A stretch of DNA of 63,956 nt, filler included, from Octopus bimaculoides (taxonomy: Eukaryota), in NCBI RefSeq assembly GCF_001194135.2. It is 5 parts of 5 records of this genome, joined end to end, with 100 filler letters (N's around TTAATTAATTAA, not from the genome) between each part and the next. Parts side by side here need not be neighbours in the genome. Positions count along the whole stretch, not along the records: positions 53,190 to 61,463 come from NC_068989.1; positions 61,564 to 63,956 come from NW_026333971.1; 3 more parts are not named here. One strand, 5' to 3'. Of the stretch, positions 54,557 through 63,956 are shown one piece after another. The translations under genes and the position numbers were made by a program. How positions within the stretch are numbered: the stretch's first letter is position 1; the number at the start of each line of letters is the position of its first letter. Under the pieces are notes generated by a model, which was not told the origin of the DNA, made no database searches, and saw only the letters and a list, made by a program, of their open reading frames with translations.

Positions 54557-55684
54557 GTGAGAGAGACAGAGGAGTCATATTCGGAACTGTCGTCTTCTGA
54601 AGAAGAGCTGGTAGAAGCTGGGAAGAAGATGGATAGAGCTATAAAAATGAAAAGTTTCGCGAAACTAACGGAGGTGCCAAAGAAAGAGGTAAGCCTCAAA
54701 AATTTTAGAAACTATGAAAAAATGCTAAAAAAGGAAGGTGGTGACCTGAAATTTTCACCACCACAAGAAATACTAACGGAAATGGAAGAAAATAAAATTG
54801 TATACAAGGTCTATTCTGTCAAGGAGAAAAGATTAGAGAATGAACAGACGGACGAAATTGAAAAGGCGTTGAGGCCAATCTGGCAAAACATAGCGTATTT
54901 TGCCAGAGAATGCCAATACGGCACCTTTGAGGTGTATTTTAAGAACAAGGTAAAAGCAAAGTAAAGCTCAGCAAAATAGATGAAAAGGGAAAGGGTAATC
55001 CTTCTACCCACATACCTTGGAAGAAGAACTTCCAGGGTCAGGGTAGAGGGAATCCCCACTGAAATAGACGTGGCTTGGATGGCGGCGGCTGTACTTCTAG
55101 GAAGCGAGAAAGAGGTCGCCGTACGCCAGGCTACAAAAACAGAAGCCACTAATTGGCACGGTAAAATCTTGTAACTAATAATACAGAGTAAGGTGGAAAA
55201 ATTAGAGTTGCTCGGGGAAACGGTGACAGTTGGAGAAGCAATAATGAAAGTGTGGGTAGAGGGTAGAATCCTTCTTTGCTATAAATGTGGTCGAAAAGGC
55301 CACGTTAGAGCGGACTACCCTCTGAAAAATAAGTCAACCCAGGAAAGAGCAGAGACGGAACTGGAAAGGATAGAAGAAAGAAATGAGGAAGATGGATGGC
55401 AAGATACGGGAAGAAAACAGAGGAAGAGGAAAGAGGACAGCTTAAGTGAACCCCAGCCCGTGCTCACCCCACCCATACCCTCTCAACTCCACCCTCCCCC
55501 TGAAGACACCAAACCCACCCATTCCCCTCCGACACAAAAAATAAAAAAAGAACAGCAGTCACACAAAAAACTGCAAAACGACCTTCCCACTCGTTTTGTT
55601 TGCGCCTTATTAAAAGTTTTAAAAAAGGATGTGGTAGATAAGCTAGTGCAATGGATGGATGTAAAAGTGATAGACACGAAGTGA
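54557..55684 (+). pseudogene. L1/Tx1-type ORF1 (gag-like, zinc knuckle), three in-frame stops
   Basis: Track ORFs 54557, 54980 and 55193 share one frame; CYKCGRKGHVRADY is a CX2CX4HX4C knuckle with the last Cys lost; Pro-rich tail; may continue to about 55860 after a frameshift. Confidence 0.85.
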
Positions 55685-55959
55685 ATGAAAACAGAAAAAA
55701 ATGGTTTTAGGCGCATTGGTGCCAGGACACAGAATGAAAATAGTAAGAGACTGCAAAGAAAGCGTGGAATACAGACAAAGAGTATTCAACATAAATGAAG
55801 TACCGGACGGAATAGATTATAATAAATTACTGGGCCTATACAGCATTAACTTTAATTGAATATGAAAGGACGATAATGAGGCTGCTGAGGTGGGGTAAGT
55901 GACACATCCTTCATATATCATTATCATATATCATTCATATTTTCATAATTTTATGTTAA

Positions 55960-56120
55960 TTGTTATATGTCCCCACATTTCTTGTGTTGTCCCCTCTATG
56001 TATGATATTTTTATCGTAATAAAGAGTTGACCTCTAGCCGAACAATTATACTGCGCTGATGAAGGGAAACAACCTGGAAATCGTGATACGCAGATATTGT
56101 TTTGAGCTGAGTTGGGGTGC
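55960..56120 (+). repeat. Direct repeat copy 2
   Basis: tatcgtaataaa (56012-23) and acctctagccgaacaatt (56030-47), 1655 bp after copy 1. Confidence 0.8.
56041..56101 (+). ncRNA. Type I hammerhead ribozyme (candidate)
   Basis: Stem I ctgcg/cgcag plus aacaat/attgtt, core CTGATGA 56056-62, stem II agg-gaaacaa-cct, GAAA 56077-80, mini stem III tcgtga, AUA site with cut after 56088. Confidence 0.75.
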
Positions 56121-57156
56121 TAGATTCCCTTGTTCGAAAAAATAAGGACACAGATCGTGTCGTATAGCCAGCTGGAGACGATGTTTCCTGGAGCTGAATT
56201 ACAGCAACATTCGTCCTAAACCAGGACTGCCATGTTATGTTGTCAAATAATCTTTACTCTAGAATAATGTTGACTGCCGATTCCTAAAACAAATATGCAG
56301 ACGACATCTGTTGTAGCTGTTGTAAACGATACCTGGAGTCTTGATTATATCAATTACTTACAAGAGTCACAGGCAGACAGACCTCCTAAGAAATTGAACC
56401 CGCACAAATTCTTTTCACAAAATTATGTGTTATTTAAAGTAGAGGAATGTAGTATAAAGATATTAAAATAAATGTATTCACCAATCTCATCTGTCCTCAA
56501 TGATACTGGATACTTACAAAGCAGTGACTTACTACACTTGATAATATCTTCCCTGTAACTTTTATACAACTTCCATTTAACTTAAGCACATTGTGGCAAC
56601 CTCTTCGTGAATATTCGTCATGTAACAGTCAAAATATTCAACTTCTTATCATGTTGGATAATGTAAATCTGAAGAGAAACCAGATGATCATAACTGGATT
56701 GCCTTGATCATAGCTGCATTGCTTTAGACACTGAAAATTACATCTTCCACGTAAATTTATATAAACATTTAATGCAGAAACAAAATCTTATCAGTATTAA
56801 TCGTGTGTACTTAAATTGTTTGTACGTTATAATTTCTATTTGTAAAATATTATTACGTTTGTTTAACATTTGCTTTAGAAATAGTCTGTTCTACTCTGGA
56901 TGCAGTAGCACAGCAGAGTTCAAGTGTACTACTAGTCTCCCATATTGACCTTAACTATTTCTCGATTACACTTCAGAGAAACACAATGCATCTTTCGAGA
57001 TATTTTCATTTCACGTATAAAGCGTTACTTACAAAAGCATGCAATTGATATATCGATGTGTGAGTTACCAGCTGCAATAACCATAATGAAATCACACACC
57101 TTGGCTTTGAGTATTCTTAGGAAATTCTCGTCTGTAACCACGTACACAACACTACA

Positions 57157-57196
<40 letters not shown>

Positions 57197-57852
57197 ACAC
57201 ACACACATACACACACACACACTCACACACGATGTTCCAGAAACTTAACAGAAACACAACAAACGGAAAATCCACATACAAGGCGTAGCTAATTCCACAT
57301 CAGTCATCGTTAAAGACGATGACTTTAACGAGGATATTGTTCTCTATTGGTGGCGCCAGCGGCAAGAACCACAGGGAATAGCTGACGAACGTACAAGGTG
57401 ATGACGAAAACAAACACGACAAAATGTGGATATCTGAACAAAATAAAATAATCATACATATACAAAAAAAAAAAAGCAATTCGGCCGAAAGGCGAGCAAA
57501 TATGGAGTAGCACAAAGGAAAATGTCCTGTAAGACTGGAAACGAGAAAGGAACAGACGGAAAGTCAGAACGAAAGGTGAAGGAAACAAACCGTGTAAAAA
57601 GAACTGAAAGAGCAGAGAAAAGCGTGACTGGTTAAGTCAAAGGTGAGGCGAAAAATGGATATGGACCAGAGAGATGTGAGCGGTCAGGGGTCACGTGATT
57701 GGCGAAGAGAGAAAACGAGTAGCAGAGGGATAGAACCAACACAGAATATAATATTAGAGAAGGAAAGATAAAAGGAAGAAGAATAAAGAGAGACAAAGAA
57801 AGCGAAAAGAGCCAGAAATAGACGTCGCACGAAAAAATATTCTACTGAAAGT

Positions 57853-58180
57853 TCTGTTGTTGTTGGCACTCCGTTGCTTACGAAATCGAGGGTTCCAGTT
57901 GATCCAATCAACGGAACAGCCTGCTCGTGAAATTAACGCGCAAGTGGCTGAGCACTCCACAGACACGTGTACCCTTAACGTAGTTGTCGGGGAGATTCAG
58001 CGTCACACAGTGTGACAAGGCTGACCCTTTGAATTACAGACACAACAGAAACAGGAAGTAAGAGAAAGTTGTGGTGAATGAGTACAGCAGGGTTCACCAC
58101 CATCCTCTGCCGGAGCCTCGTGGAGCTTCAGGTGTTTTCACTCAATAAACACTCACAACGCCCGGTCTGGGAATCGAAAC
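57853..58180 (-). mobile_element. tRNA-derived SINE family D with (AAC)n tail
   Basis: Minus strand GTTTCGATTCCCAGACCGGGCG B-box region...GGAGTGCCAACAACAAC tail; head lost in the gap. Confidence 0.75.
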
Positions 58181-58560
58181 NNNNNNNNNNNNNNNNNNNN
58201 NNNNNNNNNNNNNNNNNNNNNNNNNNNNNNNNNNNNNNNNNNNNNNNNNNNNNNNNNNNNNNNNNNNNNNNNNNNNNNNNNNNNNNNNNNNNNNNNNNNN
58301 NNNNNNNNNNNNNNNNNNNNNNNNNNNNNNNNNNNNNNNNNNNNNNNNNNNNNNNNNNNNNNNNNNNNNNNNNNNNNNNNNNNNNNNNNNNNNNNNNNNN
58401 NNNNNNNNNNNNNNNNNNNNNNNNNNNNNNNNNNNNNNNNNNNNNNNNNNNNNNNNNNNNNNNNNNNNNNNNNNNNNNNNNNNNNNNNNNNNNNNNNNNN
58501 NNNNNNNNNNNNNNNNNNNNNNNNNNNNNNNNNNNNNNNNNNNNNNNNNNNNNNNNNNNN

Positions 58561-58597
<37 letters not shown>

Positions 58598-58602
<5 letters not shown>

Positions 58603-58720
58603 TTTCATCTACAAATCCACCCTAAAAGCTGTGGTCCACCCGCGGCTATATGAGTAGAAACTTGCCTGAGCACAGCGGATCTGAACCTGGAATCATTCGA
58701 TTGGGAAGCAAACGTCGTTA
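58598..58720 (-). mobile_element. Degenerate SINE family A head
   Basis: caaatccac...gcggctatatgagtagaaacttgcc...gaacctggaatc. Confidence 0.6.
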
Positions 58721-59258
58721 TTTCATTAAGATTGGCCATAAAGGCCTCATACAGAAAAAGGGAAGCTGTGGGCTGGACATAGACATAATATTATGTGAAT
58801 GAAAAAAATGATGATTAATGAATAAATGGTGGGAACAAGCAGCGCTCGCCGACTGTCTGATCCCCGAAAACATTGTTCTCTTATATATGAGGCAACAAGC
58901 TTCTTACACTGTTCGTAATGTTCATTGATACAAGAAGGAGGCATTACGCCTCTTACTTTGTTTAAACAAAATGAGGTTTCAAACCCCTCCTCAATTCATA
59001 ACAACTTGACAGGGTTTGAATGACATATGGAGTAGAATGAATACTATGATGAAATAGCTGTAAGACCTGCTAAATCACAAACCCGATCAGTCGGACCTTC
59101 GCACAACACACACACTCACACATACACACACACCAATTCATAAGCGCACAATAAATACACAAATTCACACAAACCACCTCATACATACGTAAGTGCACGC
59201 CGACAAATAGATGCATACAAATTCAAAAATAAGAGCGAATTCCTCTCTCCTCTCAGTA

Positions 59259-59302
<44 letters not shown>

Positions 59303-60941
59303 GTGTGTTCTTATATGCATCACGAGTAGCATTAGCAAAAGGAAACCAATGCCATGCTCTTATCGACTTATTTACATTAATTCATAAAATTGTTTGCAAA
59401 TTAAGTACTAATTGCTTCGCACTTACAAGGAATACAATCTTCAGAGAAGGGGTTAAGCGAAATGTCAGAATAGAACTTTGGACAAAATCGTTTGCTGCAT
59501 ATGGTTATGGTTAAGTGTAGAAGGCTGGCAAGAAGGAAAATATAAAAGACACAAACAGAGATTATGAAAGATATAACGTACAAATATGATAATATTAAGA
59601 CGAGTGGTGATATGGACAGAGCAGGTACAAAATTAAATCGGAGAATATATGTAAATGTACAGTATGTGGCAAAATGAATTCGAAATGGATTTTTTAACAC
59701 AGTCTTTCATGTCGTCGTATGATTTGTGATTTACGTATCGGTGGAATGAAGTGCTAAAGGTTTTATTTATTTGCCCGTTAAAGAAAAGTTGTAACTGTGT
59801 CGATGTGCGAACATTGGCTGATAGTGATTCAATTAATCGATCGAGTATGTACCGCGAACCTCTCTTTATATCATACATAATGGACAATACCGGGAGAGTG
59901 AAACAATAACGATTTTAATTGCTAAACTACTGATGTATATATAAATACATGTCTTTTTGTGGTCTTCTCTACTCGCGATTCAAGACCAAGATCTAGGTAT
60001 TTCAGAATGTTCCAGACTTAAAAATAGGATAGCCACAGCTAAGATAAAAGGAGGGAAAGAGGTTTTATGTAGTATCGACCTGCTGTAAAAAGCAGTCAAA
60101 TTTCCTACAAATTATCTGCTGATGTATTAAATAACATTTCCGAAAATATATTCCGAGATATCATATGTGTGAAAATAAGGCGATGAAGACAAGGGTTTCT
60201 TTTATTTATAAAACTAATTGATCAGGGAATAACTATAGTCAAATAACAACTGCAACAAAAATAACTCCACATAAATGTTTCCTTTCCTCTGTATATGAAA
60301 GTAGAGATATATGAGAGTTTCACACAAAAACGAAATAGCATACAAATAAAATTAAGCATATTGTTTCACAGATGCCGTAACAACTTTTACAAGAATATCT
60401 CATACCTTTTATTTCTATAAACATTTGAGCAGTATACATTCCTAGACTTGCTGATATTACAAATTCATAATTTATCATTATCTCTGTACATTCGTTTTCT
60501 AACATTAAGCAATGTTTTCTTTTCGTTATTTTAGCGCCTTCTTCAGAAAACATACAAGCTTAATCTCAAAGATATTATCTTCAAATAAAACCAGCCTTTT
60601 ATCTTGAGAAAAAGAAAAAGATGAAATATTTGAACGAAAATGCACTGCAATTTCATTCAGCCAACTCGACTCTTATAATATCGAACTTTCCAATTTGCTT
60701 CACGTTCCTAAAGATGGAAGTACGAAGTACATTTTAATTTATATTTCTAAACACACATAAGTGCTCGCACGCACACAATACACACACACAAACACATACA
60801 CTCGCACGTACGCACACAAACACAGGTTCATACACATACAAATACACCACTAGTACAGAAGCACAGATAAAAGTAAGGCATATAGAGCAAAGTGAAAATT
60901 GTGTTTACTTCATGACCAGAAATATGCGCGCACATAAATAA

Positions 60942-60991
<50 letters not shown>

Positions 60992-61171
60992 CAGTTGCAG
61001 GATTCATTAAGATCTAAATATATCAACATGTAGGGACTGGATGGATATTTAGTATTATGCCTACTGTAATTGAAGCAGCTCATAGTTGTTTATTTGTAGT
61101 ATAATTTATGTACATTCGCACACACATCTATAAATAAATAAACAGATATATATATATACACATATATATAT

Positions 61172-61463
61172 ATAAAAGATAATAAGAGTGAAAAAACTAC
61201 AGAAGACTTGTGTTACATGGTTAAAGTATATATTTAAATTATATCAGAAAAATGTTAGAAAAATGTTAGAAAATCTTTTTGGTATATAAACATTGTATTT
61301 TGAGAAATAACCGGTTTCGTGTTGTCTTTTCAAATTTCTCTACTTCATTGTACCAAACAGATTTTATAACATTTTTCTAACATTTTTCTGACATAATTTA
61401 AATATATACTTTAACCATGTAACACAAGTCTTCTGTAGTTTTTTCACTCTTATTATCTTTTAT
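61172..61463. mobile_element. Foldback/MITE with 113-bp inverted arms
   Basis: 61172-61284 is the reverse complement of 61351-61463 with about 3 mismatches; 66-bp spacer; (TA)n flank. Confidence 0.88.
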
Positions 61464-61563
61464 NNNNNNNNNNNNNNNNNNNNNNNNNNNNNNNNNNNNN
61501 NNNNNNNTTAATTAATTAANNNNNNNNNNNNNNNNNNNNNNNNNNNNNNNNNNNNNNNNNNNN
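61464..61563. other. Artificial join spacer
   Basis: N44-TTAATTAATTAA-N44. Confidence 0.97.
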
Positions 61564-61597
<34 letters not shown>

Positions 61598-61784
61598 TAT
61601 ATATATATGTATAGTTTAGGACAATCAGTAAGTTGTCGTAATAGAACTCAGAGTTCCAAATGCCGAAGCTAAGAGCTACGATGCATTCTTATCGGCTATG
61701 ATGGCAATAGATAATCCGTTGAATAAAAGGGAAATTACTCTAATAGATAGGAAAAATATAGAAGATAAAAAAAAAATGCACGCA

Positions 61785-62205
61785 ACCTTATTCTCATCTA
61801 CCCGAGATCATCATGTACGGTGAGTTCACCACTGGCCACCGAAACAGAGGGCACTAAAGAAGGGCTACAAGGACTGCCTGAAGCAGTCCCTTAGCGTTTG
61901 TGACATTGGTTATCGTGGGTGGTCCACTCTAACAGTTGAGCCTGCTGCTCGGCACCAAACCATCAGCGATGCTGTTTCCTCCTTTGAGATCCTTCGCAAT
62001 GCCTCTCTGGAAGACAAACGTCAGAGGCGAAACAATTGATGCAGCTGCATCATCAGACTCTGGACAATCATACCTCTGCTATCATTGCAGTCTGATATCT
62101 CGGGTCCCACATCGACCTTATGAGTCAGGAACGAGAGTGCAGACGACGTGGACAGCAGCCTTCATAATCTTCGTCAGTGAAACCAAACCAAGAAGATGTT
62201 GCAAA
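61785..62205 (+). mobile_element. RTE-clade LINE 3' end
   Basis: HLPEIIMYGEFTTGHRNRG...YKDCLKQSL (RTE/BovB-like C-terminus), decayed terminal Cys/His motif, short UTR. Confidence 0.8.
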
Positions 62206-62209
62206 CGTA

Positions 62210-62372
62210 TAGGCGTAGGAGTGGCTGTGTGGTAAGTAGCTTGCTTACCAACCACACGGTTCCGGGTTCAGTCCCACTGCGTGGCACCTTGGGCAAGTGT
62301 CTTCTACCATAGCCTCGGGCCGACCAAAGCCTTGTGAGTGGATTTGGTAGACGGAAACTGAAAGAAGCCCGT
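62210..62372 (+). mobile_element. SINE family A 5' half, well preserved
   Basis: aggcgtaggagtggctgtgtggtaagtagcttgcttaccaaccacacggttccgggttcagtcccactgcg with clear A and B boxes. Confidence 0.95.
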
Positions 62373-62438
62373 ATATATATATATATATAAGCATTTCTGC
62401 CAGCTCACCTTATATATATATATATATATACATATATA

Positions 62439-63725
62439 TAGGCGCAGGAGTGGCTGTGTGGTAAGTAGCTTGCTTACCAACCNNNNNNNNNNNNNNNNNN
62501 NNNNNNNNNNNNNNNNNNNNNNNNNNNNNNNNNNNNNNNNNNNNNNNNNNNNNNNNNNNNNNNNNNNNNNNNNNNNNNNNNNNNNNNNNNNNNNNNNNNN
62601 NNNNNNNNNNNNNNNNNNNNNNNNNNNNNNNNNNNNNNNNNNNNNNNNNNNNNNNNNNNNNNNNNNNNNNNNNNNNNNNNNNNNNNNNNNNNNNNNNNNN
62701 NNNNNNNNNNNNNNNNNNNNNNNNNNNNNNNNNNNNNNNNNNNNNNNNNNNNNNNNNNNNNNNNNNNNNNNNNNNNNNNNNNNNNNNNNNNNNNNNNNNN
62801 NNNNNNNNNNNNNNNNNNNNNNNNNNNNNNNNNNNNNNNNNNNNNNNNNNNNNNNNNNNNNNNNNNNNNNNNNNNNNNNNNNNNNNNNNNNNNNNNNNNN
62901 NNNNNNNNNNNNNNNNNNNNNNNNNNNNNNNNNNNNNNNNNNNNNNNNNNNNNNNNNNNNNNNNNNNNNNNNNNNNNNNNNNNNNNNNNNNNNNNNNNNN
63001 NNNNNNNNNNNNNNNNNNNNNNNNNNNNNNNNNNNNNNNNNNNNNNNNNNNNNNNNNNNNNNNNNNNNNNNNNNNNNNNNNNNNNNNNNNNNNNNNNNNN
63101 NNNNNNNNNNNNNNNNNNNNNNNNNNNNNNNNNNNNNNNNNNNNNNNNNNNNNNNNNNNNNNNNNNNNNNNNNNNNNNNNNNNNNNNNNNNNNNNNNNNN
63201 NNNNNNNNNNNNNNNNNNNNNNNNNNNNNNNNNNNNNNNNNNNNNNNNNNNNNNNNNNNNNNNNNNNNNNNNNNNNNNNNNNNNNNNNNNNNNNNNNNNN
63301 NNNNNNNNNNNNNNNNNNNNNNNNNNNNNNNNATGTGTTCGTTCCGTTGTCTGTAGTTTATTGTTCTAACGTCCTGTACCCTGATATGCATATATATACA
63401 CATGTAGATGTAAGTATGTACATATATGTGTGTATACATGTATATATATTCTTTGTATTATTACATTATTGAACGCACACGTCCTTTTTTGCAAGTAAGT
63501 CTACTATATATATATATATATATATATGTACATGTGTATGTGTGTGTGTATTTGTTTCTGTGTTTGTCCCCCTAACATCGCTTGACAACCGATGCTAGTG
63601 TGTTTGTGCCTGTGCTTAATAATTGCTACTGCTATGATTACGATCCTGTAACATAGCGGTTCGACAAAGGCAAAAGTGTGCAATAGAATATGTACTAGAC
63701 TTAAAACATATTAACTACTGGGTTC
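62439..63725 (+). mobile_element. SINE family A head at 62439 and a 3' half at about 63555-63725, separated by a gap and a nested repeat
   Basis: Head nearly identical to 62210; 3' half gtttgtcccctaacatcgcttgacaaccgatgc; whether both belong to one copy is not provable across the gap. Confidence 0.7.
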
Positions 63726-63956
63726 CTACTTCGTAAGTGTCCTCTATACTGTAACGTAACTCCATAACACAGAATTTGTTTAAACACGGATGTATAAATT
63801 TGCTTTGAAGTGGATCTACGTAGATTTGGTGATAAATGTGTAACGTATGATCATGCGTGCGTAAGTGGGTGCGTGCGCGAGCATGTGTGTGTGTATGTGT
63901 GCGCGCGTGTGTGTGCATGTGTGTGTTTGTGTTTTGGGTGTGTGTACCAAAACTTA

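Noticed and set aside
57382-57415. CTGACGA...GAAA spacing
   Set aside because: No stem III, cleavage triplet or stem I
62210-62285. tRNA gene-like sequences
   Set aside because: A/B boxes are SINE heads continuing into SINE bodies; no complete cloverleaf seen

Overview
Eukaryotic, AT-rich, repeat-saturated DNA. The SINE families and the very high microsatellite density point to an octopod cephalopod, probably Octopus (inference). The window is not one contiguous locus: four identical 100-bp spacers (N44-TTAATTAATTAA-N44) split it into five pieces, and many ordinary N gaps start at (TA)n tracts. No complete host gene is visible; there is one candidate terminal coding exon on the minus strand (49911-50115). 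Content: at least four tRNA-derived SINE families; decayed R4/Dong-type LINEs with a restriction-like endonuclease, stacked head-to-tail in (AAT)n tracts; two mariner relics and one Tc1/maT-like relic; an RTE fragment; probable Penelope-like remnants; foldback/MITE elements. The most unusual locus is 53190-56140, an L1/Tx1-type LINE arranged as ORF2 3' part - repeat - ORF1 - repeat. Each repeat carries a poly(A) signal followed by a hammerhead-ribozyme-like fold, well formed in the second repeat and degenerate in the first. Two further hammerhead-like motifs lie at about 38066 and 18186. All structure calls were made by eye; no folding program or database search was run.
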